NCBI GenBank assembly: GCA_026026165.1
Contig: JAPEUD010000026.1
Location: 1 to 64,000 of the forward strand
Direction of reading: 5' to 3'
DNA from: Sarea resinae
Lineage: Eukaryota
Length of the DNA: 64,000 nucleotides
In this document: positions 39,621 through 52,323 of the stretch, piece after piece
Position numbering within the stretch: the first letter of the stretch is position 1
How the letters are laid out: each line of letters starts with the position of its first letter
The notes under the pieces: generated by a model
The model's input: the letters and a program-made list of their open reading frames with translations, nothing else
Told to the model about the DNA's origin: nothing
The model's database searches: none
Made by a program: the position numbers and the translations under genes

Positions 39621-42161
39621 ATGCCACCATTGACTCTTCGAGGCGTCCGACCTTCTCAAAGGCAGCTCCACCATGCATACCAAGTCTGCAGACGGCCGCT
39701 ACAAGCAAAGCAACGGCAATTCACAGCTTGCCACGCTCCGAGGCGAGAGAAGATCGGACCGAAGGTGAATTATTTTGAGGAAACCTATGGAGGACCGGTC
39801 TCGAAGCGAAGGCGTATGGACCCGGAGAAAGAGGAACCAGGGGCACAGGAGCTGAAGGCTATGATAACCAAATTGGAAGAGGAGCTGCAGGAATTAAAGT
39901 CTGGCTCGTTGTCTGCAGATAGTCCTATGCTCTCGAGCATGACGGAAGAGGAGAGGGACAGCATCATGGAAGCTGTCAAGGAGAGGACGAAGGAGGCGGT
40001 GGGTGCACTGGAGGATCCGGTGCTCGATGATGAGAGCTCGCAACAAGTCCAACGGACAAAACCGTCCAGTCCGGCAAAGGCGCAAGATCCTGCCCTGGTT
40101 GTTAAGATGGCAGTTCCGAAACGTGATCGTGTCTATCTAGATCGACTCAACTCGTGTCTACAACAAGGCGCTGCAAATAGATCAGACTCTACAGCTAGGA
40201 GGGAGCTCTGGAGATGGTACTCTCGGTGCAAGCAGAACCTACCCTCCTCTCTTTACCATATACCGGACAAGGCATGGGAGCTTCTTTGGGGTGTACAATA
40301 CGAGCTCGCTCCATCTAACCCAGACAGGGCGGCACACTTGAAGGTACTGTCGGAAGATATGCTTGGGATAGGGCGTCAATTGGACGGCATGCAACGATTA
40401 GCTCATATCGAATCGACTTTTCTAGAAGGACAGCACCAGAAGGCGATCGAGGAGTGGGAGGCCAATGGCGAGGACATTGGTACAGAAGACGATATGCTTG
40501 AGGAATACTGGGCGTTGGGCATCCGTATGTTCGCACTACAACGAAATCCACAGAGAGCTCAAGATCTTTGCCAGTTGCTATTACAGAATATCTCCACTGC
40601 CAATCCGCGGGTACTACTGCCTGTCATCAACTCATGGAACGAACTGGGTAGTGACTCGGACTCCGAGCATGCGTGGAATCTCTACGTGCTACTGCGAGAC
40701 CACTTGGGCAAAGACATAAACATGGAAGATTATGATTCTGTCAGCATGAGCTTCCTCCGAGCTGGAAAGAAAAGCCTCGCTTTGGCAGTTTTCAAAGATA
40801 TGATGCTGACGGGCGACCCAAATGGCGAAGACTCTGCTACTCTCTACAAGAAATCCCTGGGAATTGTCGGCAATCTGCATTCTGTCAGCGTCACTGCGTC
40901 CGAAGCCAACCATGTCTCTTTGGAAGCACTGTCGGTGCTCCCTCGCAAGTTTCAGAACAAGTTTTTCTACGGCAGCTGGATGAAGAAATTGTTGGGCATG
41001 GGCGAGACAGATGCCGCTGCTATGGTAGTAGAGTTGATGTACGAGCGAGGTCTGAAGCCAGACCCAAAGCACCTGAACGGTATAATCGGTGCATGGCTTC
41101 GAATCGGAAATGTAGAGTCTAGACAGAAAGCTGAGAGGATGGCCTGGTCGATGATCCAGGAGAGACTCGACTTTGTCTGGCAACGGAAGCTCGCCGCCAA
41201 GAGTGCCCAGGCCCCAACGAAGCATTCAATTGCGGAATATGGCGACGACCTTCCCCTACCGCAATACCTGCGCAGAGACGTCCCCGCTGCCACGATAGAA
41301 ACACTTTCGATTCTACTTGTCTACTATGCTCGGCGCGAAATGTATGACAAAGTCCAGCAGCTCCGTAACCTCTTGGAGCCGACAGAACTCCAGCCGAATT
41401 CATATTTCATGAACCATCTCCTATACGCCGAACTCCGCAATCACACCTACCGCAAAGCATGGGAAAGATTTCAGAAGATGTCACGCAAGGTCCAGCCGGA
41501 CATGGAAACGTTCGCTTGTCTCTGGGACTGCATGAAGACGCACGTCGAGGGTATCAAGAATAGTGATTCGCGTGGCTTTCCCACTCCTCGCGTCTTGTTC
41601 GGCGAGATGATCACCTGGTACTCCAGACTCCGACCGCGGCAGCGCGAGCTTGCTCAGGAGGATTGCACAAAGGAGTTATGCGATCAAGTAACCCGCTGCT
41701 TTGGATTGGTGAAAGATCTTGAGGGATCCTTCGTAGCGTTGCACGGTATGAAGGCGTCTTTCGGCATTGATCCTTCAGAGGACACGGCTCGCATGGTCGT
41801 GCTGCAAATCGCAAGGATGAGTGCCCCGGCCTTGGAGGCAGCCACTGTTTCAGCGCCCAGAGGCAGACGCGCCAGGACTGGGAATAGTAATAGCAAGACT
41901 GCCATTGCGAGGATCTCGCGCGTACTGGAGATGCTAGCAAAGCAGCGAAAGGACGCCCATGCAGCAAAGGGTGTCGACGTCAGCAACTTTGATGAAAACG
42001 AACGCGCAGCGGAGAACCTGAATCTAATTTCGGATTTGATTAGAGTTGTCTTGGTCCGAACGGCGTCGGATAAGTCGGCCGTACAAAAGGGTATCGAAAA
42101 GGCAGCGTGGGATATGGGCGTTAGTGGAATACCTCTTGGTGATAATCTCCTCTCTTTATAG
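39621..42161 (+). CDS. Mitochondrial pentatricopeptide-repeat (PPR) protein, single exon
   Basis: 846-aa ORF with an Arg-rich presequence-like N-terminus. PPR-like units ALAVFKDM, VELMYERGLKPDPKHLNGIIGAW, LQPNSYFMNHLL and VQPDMETFACLW. Confidence 0.82.
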   Translation: MPPLTLRGVRPSQRQLHHAYQVCRRPLQAKQRQFTACHAPRREKIGPKVNYFEETYGGPVSKRRRMDPEKEEPGAQELKAMITKLEEELQELKSGSLSADSPMLSSMTEEERDSIMEAVKERTKEAVGALEDPVLDDESSQQVQRTKPSSPAKAQDPALVVKMAVPKRDRVYLDRLNSCLQQGAANRSDSTARRELWRWYSRCKQNLPSSLYHIPDKAWELLWGVQYELAPSNPDRAAHLKVLSEDMLGIGRQLDGMQRLAHIESTFLEGQHQKAIEEWEANGEDIGTEDDMLEEYWALGIRMFALQRNPQRAQDLCQLLLQNISTANPRVLLPVINSWNELGSDSDSEHAWNLYVLLRDHLGKDINMEDYDSVSMSFLRAGKKSLALAVFKDMMLTGDPNGEDSATLYKKSLGIVGNLHSVSVTASEANHVSLEALSVLPRKFQNKFFYGSWMKKLLGMGETDAAAMVVELMYERGLKPDPKHLNGIIGAWLRIGNVESRQKAERMAWSMIQERLDFVWQRKLAAKSAQAPTKHSIAEYGDDLPLPQYLRRDVPAATIETLSILLVYYARREMYDKVQQLRNLLEPTELQPNSYFMNHLLYAELRNHTYRKAWERFQKMSRKVQPDMETFACLWDCMKTHVEGIKNSDSRGFPTPRVLFGEMITWYSRLRPRQRELAQEDCTKELCDQVTRCFGLVKDLEGSFVALHGMKASFGIDPSEDTARMVVLQIARMSAPALEAATVSAPRGRRARTGNSNSKTAIARISRVLEMLAKQRKDAHAAKGVDVSNFDENERAAENLNLISDLIRVVLVRTASDKSAVQKGIEKAAWDMGVSGIPLGDNLLSL

Positions 42162-42363
42162 ATGTTTGTCTTGTATGTTGTGAGCATAGCATTGCCTCTC
42201 TTCGCCTTCCCGCACTCAACGAGTTGGCTGCATCTTTGGAGTTGAATACTGGGATCACAAGTCTTCAATATTGTATCATTAGCCCCTATTGTACAAATAG
42301 ATAATACCGAATAAAGAGACCTCCGCTTTTATTCAGACCTTTTTCTTTGATCAAGTTCATACT

Positions 42364-43654
42364 TTAGCCGTGTTCATCCTCCGTAATGCCAGGACACCCT
42401 TCCATTTCCGGATCCGGATACCGAAACTTGCACCAAAAGCAATAATGATACTTTTCCCTCAAATACTCCACCAATCTCCTTAATCTCTCTGCCGGCTCTA
42501 AAGCAAGGAACTCGTCGAGTTCAGGATCTTCCTCCTCGACGTCTTCTTCCAGCACCAACCGAGCTGGCTTTCCCCCCACCCTGTTGTCGTCTTGCTCCTC
42601 TTCTTGGTCATCCAGTATTTTTCGCGGCGAAGATGGTGCTGATCGACCAAGCGCTCGTTTGTCGTCGTTGTCTTCTTCGACGTCGGTGTAGGTTGGAAGC
42701 CGTGACAGGCTCTGATGTAGATCGTAGCGGATGCGGCGCTCGCGTTCCTTTTCCTCGCGTTGGCGGACGAGGCCGCGCCAGAGGATGTTGATTTGGCGTG
42801 TTGGCTTAACATTCGGCGTTCGGCGCACGCTCCGTCCCGCATGATCTGGCTCGTCCCCGTCCTCGTTTTCCTTTTCACGCGCATCTTGCCCCTCGACCTC
42901 CGGTGTCTGTGTTTGAGCCCTCCCCTCGGCTTCAGCCTCGGTATCCAGCCTCTCGGCGACTTTCATAGCCCCGACCACCTGCCCCTCTAACCGCCTATTC
43001 TCCCTCTCAAGCCTGACTCGCTCTCTGAAATCCCCTTCCTCAACCTTGGTCCTTTTCTCCTCTCGCGCCCACTCCTCGCGAATCTTCCGCTTCTTCTCGT
43101 TATCCAGCCCGATCCCGCCTCTCCCTTCCTTGATCTCCACACCCAGCGGCACCGTCCGCGCTTCCGAGTCGCCAGGCCGTCCCAGTGCCCCGCCCTCGGA
43201 ATAGCCCATCATCTTCATCATACGCAGGCCCTTATTTGAGGAATCGGTCGCCAGGAGCGATCGCGCCAGCCCCGCCTCTCGCGCCGCCGCAGCTTCGGCC
43301 TCGAGTTCTTTCTTCGACTTAGGACGGCCGCGGATTTCTGCCTGGATGCAACAACAGGGGCCGAGTTAGTCTGTCTCTCACAATGGCCCATCGTGTTTGA
43401 AGGGACAATCGCTTGCTACATACCTCTCGCTGCTTACGTATCCGGCGCTGCGTATACGTTTCCTTCTGTGGCGGACCGGTGGGTTCCACAATCGCCATCG
43501 ACATGTAATCATCCTCTTCTTCCTCCCCTTCTCCCTCAGTGCCGTTTTGAGCTCCGGCTGCTTTCTCCCCACCATCTTGATCCGCGGACCTCTCTCGGCT
43601 GGTTCGTGGGGCCTCCGCAGCTTCCCCCGCCCTGAAGCCGAGCCCGGACTTCAT
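42364..43654 (-). CDS. G-patch + DUF4187 protein (GPATCH11 / yeast Cmg1-like), 2 exons
   Basis: EEDDYMSM; G-patch SNKGLRMMKMMGYSEGGALG...KEGRGGIG; C-terminal YLREKYHYCFWCKFRYPDPEMEGCPGITEDEHG. Confidence 0.88.
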
Positions 43655-44046
43655 TGTGACGGTATTAGTTCCTTTGGCAGCTGGCCCCGTATTCGCAATC
43701 GATTGGAAGTGATTGCCGGGTGGAGAAAGCTGTGCTGTGCTGTGGCGCCGGCGCGGAGCTGGACGGATGATATGATCAGATCGGCGTCATCGGTCGTGAA
43801 GTACTCGTGCGTTTCACGTCAGACCGAACGCCTTGCTGGTATTGCAAGAGTCATCGAACTTCGCGACAGTCCTTTCCTCAGCGCATACTCCGTATATCAG
43901 AAGACACCAAATCCTCCACCATGTCGTCCGTCCCTCGGAGACAATACCGTAGTTCTTTCCCTCCCTGTCAAACGAAGCCAAGCCTATTTGGGTCGCTCCT
44001 TTCCCCTTATTGATATGCGCATTTGGCAGCTATACAGGGTGCAACA

Positions 44047-44150
44047 AGTCCTGTGACGCAGTGGTTAGCGTTTCGTTCTTATATGATTCTGCGCGCTCAA
44101 TGCCGTGGACTGATATGCGAGGGTCGTGGGTTCGAATCCCACCTGGACTA
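44047..44150 (+). tRNA. tRNA-Ile(UAU) with a 31-nt intron (44084-44114)
   Basis: Acceptor stem AGTCCTG/CTGGACT, D stem ACGC/GCGT, anticodon TAT at 44080-44082, intron after A37, T arm GTGGG-TTCGAAT-CCCAC, discriminator A, downstream T runs at 44160-44177. Confidence 0.92.
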
Positions 44151-44506
44151 TTTATTGCGTTTTTGCATGTATTTTTTACATTTTGCTCTGTCATTTTCAT
44201 TGACAAACAACCTGAGCTGTTTCGATACTGGGGCCACTGCCGTTCACAATTTTGTTTTGGGAGAAATGGAAACGAACTCGGAGTTTTTTAGATAGACAAA
44301 GCGATTTCTCTATCTGCTCAAATCGCGGAATTTGATTTGTGAAGGATTTTGAATTCAAAGGTACCACGTATTTAAGACACACCGAACCCCCGCCGCACCG
44401 AGACCTTCAAACGCCAGAGCCATGCTATGCTATGCTAAACTATGCTGTGTCTTCCTGTGGCACCTCACAAGCCCATCGTACTCGAAATGTCCTTATTAGA
44501 GAGGCC

Positions 44507-45918
<1,412 letters not shown>

Positions 45919-46099
45919 TCAGCTATGGGGATATCAGAGGATCAAGCGGCACGGCAGATATTTGAGTTGAATGGTTTGGCCCGCAAAGTATCGGATTATT
46001 CTCAGATTCACATAGTCTGTCACGTGGCGATACCGAGATTGATGAACCTCGCTTTTGCCTCCGAATCGAGTCAAGGAAGCAGATACCTCGGTACTCCGG

Positions 46100-46640
46100 A
46101 CTAGATTCTCTCTTTCTAGTAAACAGCTTCTCTAAGACTTTACTAGAGATTATGGTAAAGCTATTAGTTGTTTAAGTTTAGGGAAAACGCGTAAAATACC
46201 CAGAAAAATGCGTAAAACCACAGAATACCTAGTCGATTCTTATAAACCGTATATGTCTTACTTGATAAAGAATGCCTAGTTAGCGGCCTAGGAGATACGC
46301 CTTTAGCAGCAATTTTTACTTGTGCAGTACTAGTAGGCTCTAGAAGACAATGTAAAGGACATTTCAATAGGCACGAAATACAGTTGTATAGCAGACTAAC
46401 TAAAGCGTTTTCAGAACACACCTTAGGTAATTTCAGGATATTAACCCCAGTAGGAGACCTCGCAAGGGTTTGGATTGTGAGACTCTTGACCTCTAACTAA
46501 TATGGATTGAAGAGGCCTTTATATACATACTAGTAAAGCTCAAGTTCAAACCACATATAGACGGTAAACTAAGTCTGGACGGATCCCAAAGTGCAAGTAC
46601 ATGAAACTTAATATAATATAATTGCTACTCGAGACTCGCT
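46100..46640. mobile_element. AT/TpA-rich segment, possible RIP-degraded repeat relic
   Basis: Abrupt drop in GC with many TAG/TAA/CTAG words and no credible ORF. No termini or target-site duplication recognised. Confidence 0.3.
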
Positions 46641-46715
46641 GCGCTTGCCCTTTGACAACATCTACAGTCATTTTGTATCCATCGTGCTCGTCCCGACCCC
46701 TTTCAATGGCATTCT

Positions 46716-48242
46716 TCACCTATCAACCTCTCCGAACACTAACTGCTCGTGGGTTACTTAAACTGTAATTGAATTGGACTTAGAAGGCACTTACATCCAT
46801 GGTGCCGATGATAGCGACAGCATCAGCTAACAGGTGTCCTCTTGAGACTTGGTCAAAGCCTCCCAAGTGAGCGAAACCGGGGGCGCGGATTTTGCAGCGG
46901 TAGGGCCGTTCGCTACCGTCGCTGACGACAAAGACGCCCATCTCGCCCTTGGGTGCTTCGATGGCCGAGTACGTCTCGCCAGGAGGGACGGTGTAGCCCT
47001 TGGTGAAGAGTAGGAAGTGGTGGATAAGCGCCTCCATGTTCTCCTTCATGGCTGCGCGGGGAGGCGGCGAGATCTTGTAGTCCTCCATGCGAACTGGGCC
47101 GGCCGGCATCTTATTCAGACATTGGTGGATGATGCGCAAGCTTTGTCTGAACTCCTCCATACGGCACAAGTATCGGTCGTAGCAGTCTCCGTTCACGCCC
47201 ACAGGGACGTCAAACTCGACCTGGTCATAGGCATCGTAAGGGTTGCTTTTCCGGACGTCCCACGGAACACCAGAGCCTCGTAGCATAACACCGGTGAATG
47301 AAAGATTTAAGGCTTCTTCAGCAGACACCACGCCGACTCCTTCGGTTCGACCCTTCCAGATTCTGTTGTCCGTGAGCAATTCCTCGGTCTCATCGATGCG
47401 GTCACCGAATTGAGTTGCCCATTGGTAGATGTCGTCGAGAAGACCGAGGGGAAGATCCTGAGAAACGCCTCCAGGTCGGACGTATGCAGCGTGGAGACGC
47501 GCACCAGAGACACGCTCGTAAAATTCCTATATTTGTCAGTTACATTGCCAATGGAGGTTGAGGCGGCTATGCAAACCATCAACTTCTCTCGCTCCTCAAA
47601 ACCCCACAAGAATGGGGTCAGAGCTCCAACATCCATAGCATGAGAAAGAACAGACATGAGATGGTTGAGTATTCTAGTGATCTCTCCGAACAAGGTCCGG
47701 ATCCATTTGGCCCGCTCTGGGATATCGATGTTGAGGAGCTTCTCTACGGCCACGGAAAAGCATTGCTCATTGGTCATCATCGACACATAGTCCAAACGGT
47801 CGAAATATGGAAGGGCCTGCAGGTAGGTCTTGTATTCGATAAGCTTCTCCGTTCCTCGATGCAGCAATCCAACATGAGGATCGGCTCGCACGATCTCCTC
47901 TCCATTGAGTTCCAGAATCAACCGAAGCACTCCGTGAGCAGCAGGATGTTGAGGTCCAAAGTTGACCGTGTAATGCCTGATCTTTCGCATCGCCAGCTCA
48001 TCGTCGTCTTCGGATCCACGGTTCAGGTGCTGGGGATCTTCCGGCTCGGCTGGGTGGCTGAATGTGGCATCGGTCGGGACCAATTTGGTGCCTTCGTATG
48101 GTTCTGCGTAATGTCGAGGTAGAGTGGTCGCAATTGACCGAGCCAGGGGATTGGGGAGGCGTGCGCGGGCGACGACTGGACGTGGGTGCAGTCCAAACCG
48201 CTTGGCCCCGTGGCCGGCGACACGGACGAAGGAAGAAGCCAT
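46716..48242 (-). CDS. NDUFS2: NADH:ubiquinone oxidoreductase 49-kDa subunit, 3 exons
   Basis: [46 protein letters not shown] and [13 protein letters not shown]-terminal presequence [10 protein letters not shown]. Confidence 0.97.
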
Positions 48243-48691
48243 TGGAAAAGGCAGCACGGAGGGCGGCAAGCCAATCTCGACGGGGAAGAGGCCGAGATGT
48301 CTCGCTCGATGCCTATTGTCAGACAGAGCAGGGAACGAGAGAGAGTGCGGATGGCGGGGTGGAGCGGAGAGGGAGAGATTCCGGAGGTCTGGAAGGCGAG
48401 CGGACACAATGAGGTAGCAGTAGTGAGGTTCGAAGTTGAGCGAATCGACGCTTCATGCATTACCTAATCAGGCTAGCGCGGCCACTCGGCTGCTGCTCCG
48501 GCGGCCGGACTCGGCCAGCAATGCAACTTGCTGAGTGCTCCAATCTCTCGCGTGTCTGATTGGACGTGATCTCGACCGCTCTCGCTAGCTCGAGTTTGGA
48601 ATTTATTTCGCATCCACGATCCACGATACCGACTGGAGCTTCATGAGACAAAAGTGAAGAGACCACCCAGGCCAGTGCGACTCTCGACACC

Positions 48692-49998
48692 ATGGCCCCC
48701 CAACCCTCACAGGAAGAGCTGCAACGGCGACGAGTATGACCCCTCTCCCGTCCGTCTGATCTGAAAGAGAATTGCACCGTTGACAGCCATGGCAGATCGT
48801 CGGTATCAATCCAGAGACGGTCACTCACGTCGCATCGACAGACTTCCCCGGCCACTACCCCGGCGAAGATCATGCGTGGAACCTCCAAAAGTTCAAAGAG
48901 GTACGTTTAGATACAATTCGTGGAGTCGTGTACTAGTCCAAGCATGCTACACTTCCTAACAAAGCTATTAGAACTTCCACGTCCAATTCCACCAAAATGC
49001 TCAATTTCACAGCTCGTTCTCCCTGATTGGTGTCGATGCCTCAATCGCAAACGCATTCAGACGCATTATGATTGCCGAGATCCCTAGCCTTGCTATTGAA
49101 TTCGTCTTCTTCCACAACAACACCTCGATCATCCAAGACGAGGTTCTGGCACAGCGGCTTGGTCTGGTACCGCTCAAGGGCGCCAAGGAGGGTTTGAACT
49201 GGCTGCGGTGGTTCAAGAAACCGACGGAGGATGAACCTGAAGGCTCCTCGCCAAGTGACTACAATACCGTCGTTCTGAAGCTACAGGTGAAGTGCACAAA
49301 GAACAGAGAGGCGAAGAAGGATGAGACGGATCCGACAAAGCTATATCACCACGCTCATGGTAGTCTCTTCTTTTATCCCGAGGCCGCTGCAGGATTCTAA
49401 CAAAAGTATAGTCTACGCCTCGGACATGACGTTTCATCCAGCTGGACGCCAGACCGAATTCTTTCCCGCGCCTGACGACCTCATTCAGCCGACAAACCCC
49501 GACATCCTCCTTGCCAAGCTCCGGCCCGACCAAGAGATCGATCTCGAGATGCACTGTATCAAGGGTATTGGCTCTGATCATGCCAAATTCTCTCCCGTCG
49601 CAACCGCCTCTTACCGTCTTCTACCGACTATCAACATCAAGCAGCCAATCATAGGCAAAGACGCACGTAAATTCGCTCGCTGCTTCCCCAAGGGCGTAAT
49701 TGAGCTACAAGAAGTTACGGAACAGGAAGCGGCGCTCAATGGCAGTGGCTACGATGGCCATGTTGGCGAGAAAAAGGCAGTGGTCAAAGATACGTTCAAG
49801 GATACTGTCAGCAGGGAATGCTTGCGGCATGATGAATTCAAAGGAAAGGTTGAATTGGGCCGAGTGAGAGATCATTTCATCTTCAGCGTGGAAAGTACGG
49901 GACAGTATGACAGCGACGAGTTGTTTGTGGAGAGTGTGAAGATTTTGAAAGTGAAGTGCGAGAGGCTAAAAAGAAGTCTGGCGAACATGATGGCGTGA
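48692..49998 (+). CDS. RPC40: RNA polymerase I/III shared subunit AC40, 4 exons
   Basis: [73 protein letters not shown] and [11 protein letters not shown]. Confidence 0.96.
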
Positions 49999-50294
49999 AA
50001 AGGAAAATTATCTGAAGGGACGGACTGTTGCGTTGACGCATTTGGTTTGGAGTTTCTATCCTAGAGGCATGTTGGATTTGGCGTTCCGCATCTACGGCAT
50101 GTATTAAATGGGGGGGGCAATTGCATGGTGGAAGCCTTTCATTGTCGAACTTTATCGCGCCTCAGATGGGCACGCAACGAGCTCGCCTGTAGATAATACG
50201 ATGTTGCCATCAAAGAGCACATTTTCACGTCTAGCTGCAGATGAGAATCTGCATGTTTCCGGTTCGAATTATGCTTTCTTTTGTTCATTCACCA

Positions 50295-51987
50295 TTACTT
50301 GAAGATTAGTCTAAACTTAAAGTCTATCATGAAGGCCGGATCAGAAACTGCGATCTCTTCGCCATTCGACACCAGGTCGGTCATGCTTTTTGTGAGATTC
50401 GGTCGAGTTTGCTGCTCTAGAGCCGGCGGCGATTGGTAGTATAATGAAGTCTTCTCCGTACGCAAGGTAGGTTTTTTCAATTGCCTGTTAAAAGATATGA
50501 GTGATGATAGCGATCAAAGCTCTCAAGGGAGAACTCACGCTTCTGCTCTTTCGGCCAGACTTTCTATGAACTCTTGCAACGTCCATCGACGATCCACTTC
50601 CAGATCTCTTGCCAGATTTCCACAAACGGGACAATCTTCTTTCCGCTGATGCTCAAATGTGTAAGTGTATATGCTGTCATCACCGCTATACATCATATAA
50701 TTCGGAGTCTCGGGAACCCCTAGGTAGGGATTCGTGTTCGTAGCAATCTTGAATGCTTCGTTACAGCAGCTTGCGGCGACGATGGCGTTGGTGGAAGCGA
50801 TGGCAGGGATAATGTTTTTGACAACTCCCTGAGTAAGGGAGTATGTGACACCGGGTATATTAAATTCCTTTGCACGAGCGAGAGCTTTTTGATAAAGCCA
50901 GGTTATGTGTTCCGGGTCGTCGTTGTCGAGGATGTCGCCTACATAAAGGTCAACGAAAGCCCATCTAGTAAAATGGCCCGTGATCAAATCATCTTCTCAC
51001 CCTTTCTTTCCTCCTCCCAGGCGATGATGTGTGCCCATTCAATGCAGTGTTGTGGCTGTCGGGGAATGGTGGCAAGAGTGCACAAGGGAACTGCAGCTCG
51101 TGGGGCATGCATGTCAAGCTGGCACTCAATACAGGACGTCATTGTTGGTAGAATGACCCTTGCCTGCCCCTTGAATCCTGCAATGCAATCATCAGCGCTC
51201 CATCTCGATTCCATCAGAATTGCTTCAGGCCCCACCTTCTGTGCCACCGTCGATCAACGGCTTCATGCTTTCTGGATTCTCCATGTCAACCATGCTCACC
51301 AAGGTCGCGTTTATCCATCTTCGAGCCTCGATGCTGTCAAGTCCACAGACGACCATGTTAAATTGCATATAATAGTCTTCATCTTTATCCTGGATTCGGC
51401 CGCAGAAGGGTGTAATCTTGACGCCTTTCACCCTGCTCTCTACAAAACGGGCGGCTACCTCAGCCTTGTACTTGCCTACATCGGCTTGGCGAAAGAGGAA
51501 TTGTCGATTGAGATTTGAGACGTCGATGGTATCTGTCATGACATGTTAGCCCTTATCTTTCCTGGGCGGAACGGATGCACGTACCCATGTCTATCACATG
51601 TATATCTTTGAAGCCAGAAAGGGCAAGGTTCTTTAGGATCTCACATCCTAGTCCACCCGCACCTCTTTGGAAGTGTTAGCACAAGGACGTAGGATTTTGA
51701 GCGGGTGCTAGACGAACATTACTCTAGCCTGAATCAGTTGTCTGAATACCGTCAATTGGTTGAGGATTGACTCACAGGACCTTGGCGGCTTTAAGGAAAG
51801 TATATACCTCCTCTCCCGGTATCCAGTCGCTGTCAGTGAAGGGGCCAGGCCGGGAGATCACATTGTCAAGATATTTCCTAGGAGGTTCATTAGTTACTAA
51901 CCAGCTGAGATCGTTGCGCACTCACCATCGCGATCTCATACTGTCGGGGCTACCACTTTCATTCGATGATCTATCCAACAAAGTCAT
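50295..51987 (-). CDS. UBA3: NEDD8-activating enzyme E1 catalytic subunit, about 8 exons including a 6-nt microexon
   Basis: [72 protein letters not shown] and [12 protein letters not shown]. Confidence 0.95.
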
Positions 51988-52323
51988 GATGTAGAACCAC
52001 AGTGGATGACTCGAGATGAATTATAGACGTAAAGGAAGGAGTAAGGTACTCAAATATGGTCCAGAGAAGCTGAGCGTGAATGAGTTGTACTGCGTAAAGC
52101 CGGCCATCGCATCCATACATCGGTAAACACGATAGCGATTATCATAGCCGCTATCACAAGCGCGGTACAACAAGCGCCAACATGGCCAACCTACATCAAT
52201 TAATACTTCCAGCAGTAAAAAAAAAGCCAACCCTGACTTTACATAGGTAGTCAGCCGCATGCGCCTTGGATCCAGGGTCATTAGGCCTAGTTGGCATGGA
52301 ACTACAGTCAAACCAGCTGGAAT

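Noticed and set aside
46018..46657. TGTCA...TGACA as solo-LTR termini
   Set aside because: No target-site duplication; the 5' end is equally an E-box (GTCACGTG), and the 3' end falls in the NDUFS2 3' UTR.
48243..48460. N-terminal extension or overlapping uORF of NDUFS2
   Set aside because: The extension starts at TTG in a pyrimidine-rich leader, and the ATG at 48242 already gives a typical presequence.
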